Shown piece after piece: positions 18,166 to 27,438 of a DNA stretch of 47,362 nt. The stretch is taken from NCBI GenBank assembly GCA_002400085.1, contig DHEX01000138.1, positions 1 through 47,362 of the forward strand. Reading direction: 5' to 3'. The stretch's first letter is position 1, and each line of letters starts with the position of its first letter. The notes under the pieces are model-generated. The model was given only the letters and a program-made list of their open reading frames with translations, was not told the origin of the DNA and searched no databases. Origin of the DNA: Clostridiaceae bacterium UBA4839 (lineage in GTDB: Bacteria > Bacillota > Clostridia > Clostridiales > Caloramatoraceae). The translations under genes were made by a program, and so were the position numbers.

Positions 18166-18299
18166 TATACCTTCAAGACGCTTAAAGGCTTACCAAAGTG
18201 AACTTTTAAGCTAAAGTTTACCATCGAAACTTCAGTTAGGAACTTTGCCCACGAAGCAAAAAAGCGGAACTCTACCTTATAGAAGATAGAGCCTTGAAA
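18166..18299 (+). repeat. Repeat F copy 1, including decayed tandem copies of the pdaA 3' end
   Basis: 18166-18201 is about 83% identical to the last 36 nt of pdaA. The core ttaggaactttgcccacgaagcaaaaaagcggaactctaccttatagaagatagagccttgaaaa matches the reverse complement of 40055-40118. Confidence 0.7.
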
Positions 18300-18316
18300 A
18301 TAAAAAATTATAATGT

Positions 18317-18358
18317 TAAAAATACTCCTCTTAAATTATTATAAGAGGAGTATTTTTA
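18317..18358. terminator. Bidirectional terminator
   Basis: Stem aatactcctctta / taagaggagtatt (18321-18333 / 18342-18354), with a flanking A-run and T-run. Confidence 0.75.
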
Positions 18359-18386
18359 TGTTACCAGAAAAAATATGACTTAACTT

Positions 18387-18632
18387 TTATAGAACTTTTC
18401 TTAATTTATCATATTCATATTCTTTTATAAACTTATTATTTGAGCCATCTTTAATTACTAAAGTTAACTCATCGCCCTTTATTTTTAAAACTTTACCTTT
18501 TAATTTACTTCCTTTTACATTTACAGGTGCCCCAACCTTTAGTTCCATTAATTTCTCATTTTCACAGCATGGACTATCATGTTCTTCCTTTACAATAGCT
18601 CTGCAATTTTTACAATAATAAAGCTTGCCCAT
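18387..18632 (-). CDS. Small zinc-ribbon protein (hypothetical, 81 aa)
   Basis: CKNC ... CC cysteine cluster followed by a beta-rich lysine-rich tail. Strong RBS aggaggg. Confidence 0.6.
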   Translation of the reverse strand: MGKLYYCKNCRAIVKEEHDSPCCENEKLMELKVGAPVNVKGSKLKGKVLKIKGDELTLVIKDGSNNKFIKEYEYDKLRKVL

Positions 18633-18817
18633 ATGTATCCCTCCTATTATTACACCGTGTAAAACAAAAAAGCCCTTAATATTTAAAATCTGTTTTACTA
18701 ATAGATTATATTCTTCAAAACATTTGAAAATCCTTCTAAATATATATAAATATTTAAACTATTCTAAAGTGCATATATATTTCTTATTTTCCTGCAATTT
18801 ATCTGAGGGCAAAATAA

Positions 18818-18892
18818 TAGGGACCGGTCTTGATCATTCCTCTATGTGATGATCAGAATCTAGGGGACGGAACGGTCAAGACCGGTCCCTAC
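18818..18892. repeat. REP-A copy 4 (inverted relative to copy 3)
   Basis: tagggaccggtcttgatcattcc ... ggaacggtcaagaccggtccctac. Its spacer is the reverse complement of the 13737-13765 spacer. Confidence 0.75.
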
Positions 18893-18893
18893 A

Positions 18894-19064
18894 GTGTAGG
18901 GGCGAACATTGTTCGTCCGTTTTCATTAATGATTATAATTTTAGATGAATATGTACAGTTGCCATTACTGTGGGAGCAGGTTTCCATACCCCCATAATTT
19001 TGCATATAACTACATTTCAAGCAGCATATATAACAATAAGGGCGAACAATGTTCGCCCCTACAC
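18894..19064. repeat. REP-C: inverted pair of a second GTAG-tagged palindrome flanking 121 bp
   Basis: gtGTAGgggcgaacattgttcgtcc (18894-18918) and gggcgaacaatgttcgccCCTACac (19040-19064) are reverse complements with 1 mismatch. Each is itself a palindrome. Confidence 0.8.
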
Positions 19065-19159
19065 TAGACAATTTTTGATTATGCAAATAGCTAAACTGTA
19101 TATTAAATTTGATTTGCAAAATTTCACTTTTTCTGCGTTTTTAGATATTTTAAATTGAT

Positions 19160-20320
19160 TTAAAATAGTGACACTAACATGTATATGAAATGAGCTGATA
19201 TTCCAGCAGCCAGTCCACCAATTGTATGGCTTAGTATTGCTTTATTGGTAAGCTCCCTGCAATTTAAAGCATCCATCATAGCAACATGAGTACTTAAATA
19301 TCCGCTCCAGCACATACCCATTGCAGTAAAAACTGCAATTTCATTCTTGCCAGCAACTCCTGTCTTTATAAACTTTGGTACAAGTCCGATAGCAGCTCCA
19401 ACAGCCCCTAAAGATGTTATTGGAAATGCAATGGCTTCTGGTCTTTGAAATCCCAAAAGCGGTTTTATAATAAAGCTTAATTTCTCTCCAAGCCATGGTA
19501 AAAATGCTACACCCTCATAAGCTGCCCCTGTATATGCGCCGCTATCAGAAGGTCCGTTAGTAAGCATCATAACAAGGGTACATATTATTATAACCCCAGG
19601 TATGATTGAAAGCCCTGTATCCACACCATTTTTACCGCCGTCAAGTGAAGCTTCAAGAAGCCTTTGAAAGGAACTTCCCTTTCTAACTTCTCTATATTTG
19701 AGTACATCATAATCGGTATCACTACTGCTGCACACCATTTCTTCTGTCCCATAAACTTTTTTCGTATATTTTAGCATCAACCTTACACTTACAATACTCC
19801 CTATTATAGCGCCAATATTACCTATAATCGCAGGAATAAAATAGCTTTCGCCATTACCTGCTTGTGAAATCATAAAAGTTGTAACAACGAGACCCATCCC
19901 ATAAGAAGTACCCAAATTAGTAAGAGCCGGCAGCTGATACTTTTTAAAGAATTTTGTAAATCCCTTATCGTTTGCCAGGGAAAGTATTGCAGGGTTATCA
20001 GAAAGATAAGTGGTAAGTATTCCTACAGAAGCAGCCCCTGGAAGGTCATAAAGGGGCTTCATAAGCGGTGATAATATTTTATTTATAAGGGCTACTATCC
20101 CAAACTCAGAAAGCACCGCCCCAAAAGCCCCAGCTAGTACTGCTATCGCCATTATAAGAAAGACGGTATTAATTATCAAATCATGGCCTGTATTCATCAT
20201 AGTTTTAAACATATTTGCCGTTCCCATTTTTTTACCTATCAGCATAAAAAAAGCTGAAATTCCTATTAGCCAAATGAAGGATTCTTTATTAATTGCCTTT
20301 ACTACTTTCCTTTGTTCCAT
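19160..20320 (-). CDS. Polytopic membrane protein, putative transporter at the end of the hut cluster
   Basis: 386 aa with about 10 hydrophobic segments. It follows the cyclodeaminase gene after a 17-nt gap. Confidence 0.5.
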   Translation of the reverse strand: MEQRKVVKAINKESFIWLIGISAFFMLIGKKMGTANMFKTMMNTGHDLIINTVFLIMAIAVLAGAFGAVLSEFGIVALINKILSPLMKPLYDLPGAASVGILTTYLSDNPAILSLANDKGFTKFFKKYQLPALTNLGTSYGMGLVVTTFMISQAGNGESYFIPAIIGNIGAIIGSIVSVRLMLKYTKKVYGTEEMVCSSSDTDYDVLKYREVRKGSSFQRLLEASLDGGKNGVDTGLSIIPGVIIICTLVMMLTNGPSDSGAYTGAAYEGVAFLPWLGEKLSFIIKPLLGFQRPEAIAFPITSLGAVGAAIGLVPKFIKTGVAGKNEIAVFTAMGMCWSGYLSTHVAMMDALNCRELTNKAILSHTIGGLAAGISAHFIYMLVSLF

Positions 20321-20337
20321 ATGAAATTCTCCATTCT

Positions 20338-20979
20338 TTACAGTTTACTATATACACATTCCATAATATGAGCCTTCCTTGTATTGCCGCTTTCAACTAT
20401 GTCATCACATTCCTTTTGCTTTTGAATGACTAATTCCTTATTCTTAATACTGCCAAGATTTATTTTTACATTTAAAATTGCACTTTCTATGGCTGTCTGG
20501 CACATAAGAGTACCTACTCCTGCATCCGATACTGCATTTTTATTCCCATACATTGCTGCTATCTCAAGATAATCATAAACTTTTAAAGTTTTTCTTGCTA
20601 CATTAAGTGGAACTTCCATAGCTTTTAAATATTCTTCTTGAATCTTATTTGACCTTAACGTTTTTTCTTCTTCAGTTTGCTTTGGAAGCTTAAAAGCTGC
20701 TATAACACCATTAAAAGCTACTGCATCTTCATCCATCATTACTAAAAACTCATCTTTTAATTTAAGAGCTTCTTTTAAATTATCATTAATTTTTTTCTTT
20801 ATATCCTCATCATATCCCTCATAAGATTTTTTATCCACTGTAAGATTATAAACCATACAGGATAGGGCGCAGGATATAGATGATGCAAGTGCAGCAACTG
20901 CACCTCCTCCTGGAGCTGGTGAATTTGATGATAGTTCATTAATAAAATCCTTTAATGTCATACTGCTTGAATCTGCCAT
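20338..20979 (-). CDS. Formimidoyltetrahydrofolate cyclodeaminase
   Basis: N-terminal SPAPGGGAVAALASS signature of the cyclodeaminase/cyclohydrolase family. Confidence 0.8.
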   Translation of the reverse strand: MADSSSMTLKDFINELSSNSPAPGGGAVAALASSISCALSCMVYNLTVDKKSYEGYDEDIKKKINDNLKEALKLKDEFLVMMDEDAVAFNGVIAAFKLPKQTEEEKTLRSNKIQEEYLKAMEVPLNVARKTLKVYDYLEIAAMYGNKNAVSDAGVGTLMCQTAIESAILNVKINLGSIKNKELVIQKQKECDDIVESGNTRKAHIMECVYSKL

Positions 20980-21012
20980 TTTATCACCCCTTTTAATTAA
21001 ATTTTACATTAA

Positions 21013-22251
21013 TCAATCATTCTCTACAGCAACTTTACCATTTTTAATTACATAGTGAACATGATTTATGCCAAAATGATAAATTAAATAATTTTCATTT
21101 GGTGCATTCATTATTAAAATATCTGCTATTTTACCTTTTTCAAGGCTTCCAACTGAATTCCCCCTATCAATTGCATAGGCTGAATTAATTGTCATAGCAT
21201 TAATAACCTCATTTGGGTTCATTCCCATTCCCATAGAAGCAAAAACCATAATACTTTGAAGGGATTCACAAGGGCATGTTCCTGGGTTATAATCTGTAGC
21301 AAGAGCAACTGCAAGACCTTCTTCTATCATTTTTCTTGCCCTTGCAAACCTACCCATTCTTAAATAAAATGATGTTCCAGGAAGAAGTACAGGAATGACA
21401 TCTGCTTCTTTCATATCATGTATTTCTTCATCTGAAGCAGCAACTAAATGTTCAGCAGATATTGCTCCAAGTTTAGCAGCTAAACTTGCCCCACCCATAG
21501 GCTCTATTTCATCTGCATGAATTTTCACCTTAAATCCTAAATCTATTCCTCTTCTAAGTATTTTTTCACTTTCCTCAATAGAAAATGCACCATCTTCGCA
21601 AAAGCAATCTACAAATTCTGCTAAGTGGTTTTCTGCAACATAGGGCATTACTTTATCTATCATTAAATTTATATATCCATCCCTGTTATCCTTATATTCA
21701 GGCGGTATAGCATGAGCCCCCAAATAAGTTCTAACTATATCTACTGGATGATTAATATTTTTAAGAACTTCAAGGCTTTTTACCTCATCAACAAAATTAA
21801 GTCCATATCCAGATTTAGCCTCTACTGTAGTAGTACCCCATTTCAGCATTATATTTAAGCTATTAATGACTTTATTGGTTAAGTTTTCAAATGAGGCAGC
21901 TCTTGTAGCTCTTACTGTACTTAATATTCCGCCTCCAGCATTAAGTATGTCAATATACTTAACCCCATTAAGTTTCATTTCAAGTTCATTTTCTCTTGAG
22001 CCATAATGAACAAGATGTGTATGCGGGTCCACTAATCCCGGCATAACAACTTTTCCTTCCGCATCAATTACTTTTGTATGCTTCTCTATAAAAGAGCTGC
22101 CATCACCATGAGAAACCTCTGTTATTTTGCCGTTATCTACTGCTACAAATCCATTTTCAATAACACCAATATCCTCCATTTCATCACCATGCTTTGGCCC
22201 ATTTGATGCGCAAGTAATTATTCTGCCATTTTTTATAACCAAGTCCGCCAT
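21013..22251 (-). CDS. hutI: Imidazolonepropionase
   Basis: Amidohydrolase DPHTHLV motif, IHADE and ATDYNPG. I trimmed the start to the ATG at 22251, after aggag. Confidence 0.9.
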   Translation of the reverse strand: MADLVIKNGRIITCASNGPKHGDEMEDIGVIENGFVAVDNGKITEVSHGDGSSFIEKHTKVIDAEGKVVMPGLVDPHTHLVHYGSRENELEMKLNGVKYIDILNAGGGILSTVRATRAASFENLTNKVINSLNIMLKWGTTTVEAKSGYGLNFVDEVKSLEVLKNINHPVDIVRTYLGAHAIPPEYKDNRDGYINLMIDKVMPYVAENHLAEFVDCFCEDGAFSIEESEKILRRGIDLGFKVKIHADEIEPMGGASLAAKLGAISAEHLVAASDEEIHDMKEADVIPVLLPGTSFYLRMGRFARARKMIEEGLAVALATDYNPGTCPCESLQSIMVFASMGMGMNPNEVINAMTINSAYAIDRGNSVGSLEKGKIADILIMNAPNENYLIYHFGINHVHYVIKNGKVAVEND

Positions 22252-22261
22252 ATTATCACTC

Positions 22262-23158
22262 CTATTCAGATATTCTCCTTTCAAGTACCTGATCAATATC
22301 AAAGTTTTCTATTTGAAGATAATATTCAGCACAATCAATAAGTGCCTTCATTGGTACAAGCCCTATAACTTCACTTCCAACAACAGGGACACCATATCTT
22401 TTTGCTTCCATTTTAACCATTTCAAAAGCTCTATAAACAGCAGTTTTTTCATAATTAACTAAATTCATGGATACTTGAACTATGTTCCTTTCCTCAAGCT
22501 TAACACCCATAGCCTTTACACACCTTAATCCTCCGCCAATAAACCTAACTTTCTTTGCAATAGCCTTAGCTATTTCAATGTTATCTGTTCCAAGATTAAC
22601 ATTAAAAGCAACAAGAGGAACTCTTGCACCAACTGCTGAGCAACCGCTCTTTTCATTCATTTCACTTGGTCCAAAATCAGGTTTCCATTCTGGCTGTTTT
22701 ATTTTTTCAAAAAATCCTTCGTACTGTCCCCTTCTTATATCTGCAAGATTCTGCCTTTCCTTGCACGAAGCAGCGTCCTCATAAAGGTATACAGGGATAT
22801 TAAGCTCTTCTCCCATTCTCTTTCCAACTTCTTTGGCTATATCTACACATTCTTCTATTGTGACATTTTTAATTGGAATAAACGGCACCACGTCAACTGC
22901 TCCCATTCTTGGATGTCCACCATGATGTAATCTCATGTCAATTAACTCTGAAGCTTTCTTTGATAGGTTAAAAGCTGCCGCTTTTACCTCTTCAGGGCCA
23001 CCTACAAAAGTAACAACAGATCTATTATGATCCTTATCTGATGAATAATCTAAAAGCTTAACGCCTTCAACTTTTCTAACTTCATCCACAATTTTTTCAA
23101 TCTTCTCTTTGTCCCTGCCTTCTGAAAAATTTGGGACACATTCAACTATTCTTTCCAT
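22262..23158 (-). CDS. ftcD: Glutamate formimidoyltransferase
   Basis: N-terminal ECVPNFSEGRD signature, 298 aa. Confidence 0.85.
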   Translation of the reverse strand: MERIVECVPNFSEGRDKEKIEKIVDEVRKVEGVKLLDYSSDKDHNRSVVTFVGGPEEVKAAAFNLSKKASELIDMRLHHGGHPRMGAVDVVPFIPIKNVTIEECVDIAKEVGKRMGEELNIPVYLYEDAASCKERQNLADIRRGQYEGFFEKIKQPEWKPDFGPSEMNEKSGCSAVGARVPLVAFNVNLGTDNIEIAKAIAKKVRFIGGGLRCVKAMGVKLEERNIVQVSMNLVNYEKTAVYRAFEMVKMEAKRYGVPVVGSEVIGLVPMKALIDCAEYYLQIENFDIDQVLERRISE

Positions 23159-23178
23159 AATATTACTTCACCTCCTAG

Positions 23179-24708
23179 TTAATTATTTAATTCACCAATT
23201 TTATCTTCCACAACTTTTACTAATTTTCCTGAGCTTACTAAATCTGATGCTTTATTTATTTCAGGATACATTATTCTATCCTCATCAAAAGGTTTAATTT
23301 CGCTTCTTATCAATTCATAAGCCTTCTCTGTACCCTCTCCAAGCTTTACATTTCCTCTAAAATAAAGTGCCTGAGAATCAGCTAAGTACTCTATACCAAG
23401 TACTCTTGTAACATTGTATATTATATCCCTGCACTTTCTTGCTGCAATAGTTCCCATACTAACATGATCCTCCTGATTTGCAGATGAAGGAATAGAATCA
23501 ACTGAAGCAGGATGAGCTAAAACTTTATTTTCCGATACTAAAGATGCAGCTACATACTGTGTTATCATGAATCCAGAATTTAATCCTCCCTCTTTAGTTA
23601 AAAATGGAGGTAAGTCATTTAACTGATAATTAACTAATCTTTCAATTCTTCGTTCAGAAACATCAGCCAATTCAGCTACTGCAATTCCAAGAAAATCCAT
23701 AGCCAATGCTATTGGCTGACCATGAAAGTTTCCTCCTGATATAACTTTTTCTTCATCTTCAAAAATTAGTGGATTATCTGTAGCTGAGTTTATTTCAATT
23801 TCAACTACATTTTTTGCATAATTAATTGCATCCTTACTTGCTCCATGGATTTGTGGAATGCATCTTAATGTATAAGCATCCTGAACTCTTAATTCTCCTT
23901 GTTTTGTTGTTAAGCTGCTTCCTTTTAAAATTCTAAGTAAATTTTTGGCACAAGCCATTTGTCCAACTTGAGGTCTTACTTCATTAACTCTGTAGTAATA
24001 AGCATCTGTAATTCCTCTAAGTGCCTCTACTGTCATTGATCCAGTAATATCAGCAGCTTTGCTTAAGTTAACAGCATCATAAACAGCAAGTGATGCTATG
24101 GCTGTCATAATCGGTGTTCCATTTATAAGTGCCAGCCCCTCTTTTTCTACTAATTCAACTGTATCAATCTTAGCAGCTTTCATTGCATCAATGCTTGGCA
24201 TTCTCTTGCCATTGTAATAAGCTTCACCTTCCCCAAGCATTGTTAATACCATATGAGCAAGTGGTGCTAAATCCCCGCTTGCACCTAAGGATCCCTTTTC
24301 ATATATAACAGGGCAAACATCTTTATTTAACATATCAATAAGTGTTTTTAAAGTTGAAAGTCTTATTCCTGAATATCCCTTTGCTAATGCATTGGCTCTT
24401 AAAAGCATTGCTGCTCTTACAACTTCATGAGGAAGCTCATCTCCCACTCCACAGGCATGTGACATTATCAAATTTTTTTGAAGCTGTTTAGTGTTTTCTT
24501 TTGAAATAACCACATCAGCAAATTTTCCAAAACCAGTAGTTATTCCATATTCAACTCTTCCCTCTTTAACAAACTTGTCAACCAAGTTTCTTGCTTTTAC
24601 AACCTTTTTTTCAGCCTCTTCAGAAATTTTAACCTTGTATCCATTCCTTGCAACCATGATCACATCCTCAATGGTAAGGCTGTTACCATCAATTATTATT
24701 TCATTCAT
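23179..24708 (-). CDS. hutH: Histidine ammonia-lyase
   Basis: MIO-forming GSLGASGDLAPL motif, 509 aa. Confidence 0.95.
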   Translation of the reverse strand: MNEIIIDGNSLTIEDVIMVARNGYKVKISEEAEKKVVKARNLVDKFVKEGRVEYGITTGFGKFADVVISKENTKQLQKNLIMSHACGVGDELPHEVVRAAMLLRANALAKGYSGIRLSTLKTLIDMLNKDVCPVIYEKGSLGASGDLAPLAHMVLTMLGEGEAYYNGKRMPSIDAMKAAKIDTVELVEKEGLALINGTPIMTAIASLAVYDAVNLSKAADITGSMTVEALRGITDAYYYRVNEVRPQVGQMACAKNLLRILKGSSLTTKQGELRVQDAYTLRCIPQIHGASKDAINYAKNVVEIEINSATDNPLIFEDEEKVISGGNFHGQPIALAMDFLGIAVAELADVSERRIERLVNYQLNDLPPFLTKEGGLNSGFMITQYVAASLVSENKVLAHPASVDSIPSSANQEDHVSMGTIAARKCRDIIYNVTRVLGIEYLADSQALYFRGNVKLGEGTEKAYELIRSEIKPFDEDRIMYPEINKASDLVSSGKLVKVVEDKIGELNN

Positions 24709-24748
24709 CCTATTACCCCCCTACAACAATTAAATATTCATTGCATAT

Positions 24749-24907
24749 CTGTAATCCATAATTTAAAATCATTAATGAACAAATTACAGCGGAGATAAGA
24801 AAAATATATGGAATGAACATAGAGTGAACATCTTTGCAAAGGTCAAAGTGAATGGAATATATTTTTCTTATCACAGCGGTGTATTAAATCTAAATTACGA
24901 ATTACAG
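24749..24907. repeat. Repeat B, complete copy without a REP-A insert (long imperfect palindrome, MITE-like)
   Basis: The ends ctgtaat...attacag are imperfect ~25 bp inverted termini. There is a perfect 16-bp internal stem, gataagaaaaatatat (24794-24809) / atatatttttcttatc (24857-24872). Confidence 0.8.
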
Positions 24908-24920
24908 ATTATATATATTT

Positions 24921-24955
24921 ATTATATCACTAATTTTGTCAGTTAAATGTGTTTG
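24921..24955 (-). promoter_or_regulatory. Candidate extended -10 promoter for the hut operon
   Basis: Minus strand gTGaTATAAT (-10 at 24921-24929) with a weak -35, atttaa. It would place repeat B inside the hutH 5' leader. Confidence 0.3.
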
Positions 24956-25091
24956 AATATTTTGAATATTTTTAATATACTACCATGGTAAAGTGCAAAA
25001 CAGTTAAAACCCTTTTATTTCAAATAAAAAGAGTTGTTTCAAAGCTCAATGGCCATGAAACAGCTCCTTTAAATTTCACCATGAAAGAATC

Positions 25092-26672
25092 TTATCTTTT
25101 GATTTTTTCCTTTATTATCCCTGTTACATGATCAAGTTCAGGCATTCTCAAAATATAGGCAAATGCAAAATAAACAATTATTGCAATAAGCATTGATACA
25201 GCAACGTTTACTAGCTGAACTGATTTTGTAGCAAAACCAATCTTTGACTCTATAAATTTAGAAGACATATAGGTAGCCCCGCCCATAGCAAAGGCAGAAA
25301 TTGATGATTTAATAAAGGAAATTGAAAGTTCTCTCGTCCTAAGACCATTCATTTTCTTTGATAATAAAATATACAGTATAACCATTTCAAGGCAGGAAGC
25401 TAAAGCACTTGTTAATGCTATGCCACTTACCGCTAAATTGCTAAATTTTACAAATGCTATATTTAATACTGTGTTAAAAGCGGCAGTAATAAGTCCCACA
25501 TAAAGCGGTGTTTTTGTATCCTGAATAGAGTAAAATGCTCTTATTATTATTGGTACTGCAGAATTTCCAAGAACACCAATGCTGTAATAAGAAAGTGCAA
25601 GTGCAGTTATTCTTGCATCTCCCTCAGTAAAGTGTCCTGTTCTAAAAAGAAGTCTAACTATAGGCAAATTAAGCACTATAAGCCCTATGACACAAGGAAT
25701 AGTTATAAAAAACAAAACCCTAAGGCCTGTACAAAGAGTCTCTTTATATTCATCTATTTCCTTTTTAGCAATTTGAGAATTCATTACTGGAAATATAGTG
25801 GTTAAAATTCCTGCCCCAAAAATTCCTACAGGAAGCATCATTATTCTTTGAGCATATCTAAGGGCGGTAATACTTCCTGTATCAAGTACAGAAGCAACAT
25901 TCGTATTTACAAGTAAATTTATTCTATTTATTGAAGATCCAATTAATGCTGGGACCATAAGTGATAACATTCTTCTGTATCCTTCATTCTTTAAGTTCAG
26001 CTCAAATTTAAATCTTGTCCCAACCCTTCTAAATTCAGGATATTGCACAAAGAAGTTAAAAAATGCACCTATAATTACACCTATAGCCATTCCATATATG
26101 CCCATATTTAACCCTTTGCCAAATACAATAGCACCAGCAATTATTCCTACATTATATAAAACTGGTCCTATGGCAGGAGTTAGAAACTTTTTGTAGGATT
26201 CAAGAATTCCTTTACAAAGACCTGCAAGTACTGTAAACGTTACACCTGTAAACATTATCCTTGTAAGTTTTACTGTGAGAGCATACTTTTCAGGATCCTT
26301 AGTATTTCCATATGCAACAAGTGGTATGAGCTGTTTAGCAAAGGTTATTCCCAAAGCATTAAAAATAAGTATAATAATTAATGCTACAGTTATAAATGTA
26401 TTTGCAGCCTTCCACCCATTATCCTCATCATCATTTGCAAGATAAGAGCCAAATACCGGCATAAACCCAGAACTTAATGCTCCTGCTACAAGTAAATCAT
26501 ACATTAAATCTGGAATTGCAAAAGCAGCATAAAACGCATCCGTTTCCATTCCTCTGCCAAATGTCTTTGCTACTATCATTTCTCTTACAAATCCTAAAAC
26601 CCTACTTAAAAGCAAAATGCACATTATCATTGCAGTAGTTTTTTGTATGTTTTGTTCCTTACGCTTTGTCAT
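25092..26672 (-). CDS. murJ: MurJ/MviN-family (MOP) lipid-linked glycan flippase
   Basis: DAFYAAFAIPDLMYDLLVAGALSSGFMPVF signature and about 14 TM segments. I trimmed the start to the ATG at 26672, after aaggggg. Confidence 0.85.
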   Translation of the reverse strand: MTKRKEQNIQKTTAMIMCILLLSRVLGFVREMIVAKTFGRGMETDAFYAAFAIPDLMYDLLVAGALSSGFMPVFGSYLANDDEDNGWKAANTFITVALIIILIFNALGITFAKQLIPLVAYGNTKDPEKYALTVKLTRIMFTGVTFTVLAGLCKGILESYKKFLTPAIGPVLYNVGIIAGAIVFGKGLNMGIYGMAIGVIIGAFFNFFVQYPEFRRVGTRFKFELNLKNEGYRRMLSLMVPALIGSSINRINLLVNTNVASVLDTGSITALRYAQRIMMLPVGIFGAGILTTIFPVMNSQIAKKEIDEYKETLCTGLRVLFFITIPCVIGLIVLNLPIVRLLFRTGHFTEGDARITALALSYYSIGVLGNSAVPIIIRAFYSIQDTKTPLYVGLITAAFNTVLNIAFVKFSNLAVSGIALTSALASCLEMVILYILLSKKMNGLRTRELSISFIKSSISAFAMGGATYMSSKFIESKIGFATKSVQLVNVAVSMLIAIIVYFAFAYILRMPELDHVTGIIKEKIKR

Positions 26673-26689
26673 ATTATCCCCCTTAAACC

Positions 26690-27430
26690 TCATTTGCTTT
26701 CTACGGATTGTTTGGAATATCTATCAATTATATAATTTTTAGCCTTCATAAGCAAGGGAGCTTCTATAGAAACATCAAATTGGACATTATATTTTTTCAG
26801 TACCGCACTTGATATCAAAAAGCTAGTAATTTCAGGATTTTTTGAAAGACAGCATCCGTGCAGATAGGTACATATTGTATTCTTATAAATAAGCCCCTCA
26901 CTACCATCATTTCCATTATTTCCATTTCCATAAATGACTTTCCCAAGAGGTGAATAGTTGTTTATATATGTCCTTCCTGAATGATTTTCAAACCCTACAA
27001 GTTTTGAATTGAAAAATTCAGATTGAATTACAATATCTCCAATGTATCTTTTATCACCTTTTTCTGTATATATATCAAGTATTCCAGCTCCATTTATCTT
27101 TCGCCCATCGGCAGCTACATATTTTTTCCCAAGAAGCTGATAGGAGCCGCATATATAAAGTCCTGCTCCTCCATCTTCAATATACTTTTGCATATTACTA
27201 AGCTTATTTTTTATAATATCCTCTCCTACAGTTATCTGCTCATAATCCTGCCCTCCGCCCATAAAGAGAATATCACAGTTTTTATAATCAAAATAGTCAT
27301 TTATTGTTATATATTTAATATCACAATTTATCCCACATTGATTCAAAACATTTTTTAGTATTAAAACATTACCCCTGTCGCCATAAACATTTAGCAAATC
27401 ATAATACATATAATAAATATTTATATTCAT
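26690..27430 (-). CDS. gatD: Lipid II isoglutaminyl synthase, glutaminase subunit
   Basis: CobQ/GATase-like domain (catalytic Cys in ICGSYQ). Immediately downstream of murT. Confidence 0.8.
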   Translation of the reverse strand: MNINIYYMYYDLLNVYGDRGNVLILKNVLNQCGINCDIKYITINDYFDYKNCDILFMGGGQDYEQITVGEDIIKNKLSNMQKYIEDGGAGLYICGSYQLLGKKYVAADGRKINGAGILDIYTEKGDKRYIGDIVIQSEFFNSKLVGFENHSGRTYINNYSPLGKVIYGNGNNGNDGSEGLIYKNTICTYLHGCCLSKNPEITSFLISSAVLKKYNVQFDVSIEAPLLMKAKNYIIDRYSKQSVESK

Positions 27431-27438
27431 AAAAACAC

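Noticed and set aside
13-19064. Could the recurring GC-rich palindromes be a CRISPR array?
   Set aside because: Copies are kilobases apart in separate intergenic regions and in mixed orientation, with no regular repeat-spacer periodicity. No cas genes are in the window.
18889-19158. ORFs 18889..19119 (-) and 18970..19158 (+)
   Set aside because: They are mutually antisense ORFs spanning the REP-C inverted pair, with no RBS. Their ends are translations of the palindromes (GANIVRPY / RANNVRPY).
24709-25091. HutP-type antiterminator target or another riboswitch in the hut leader
   Set aside because: No hutP gene, no spaced UAG-triplet arrays and no recognisable riboswitch core were found. The structured part is a copy of repeat B found at unrelated loci.
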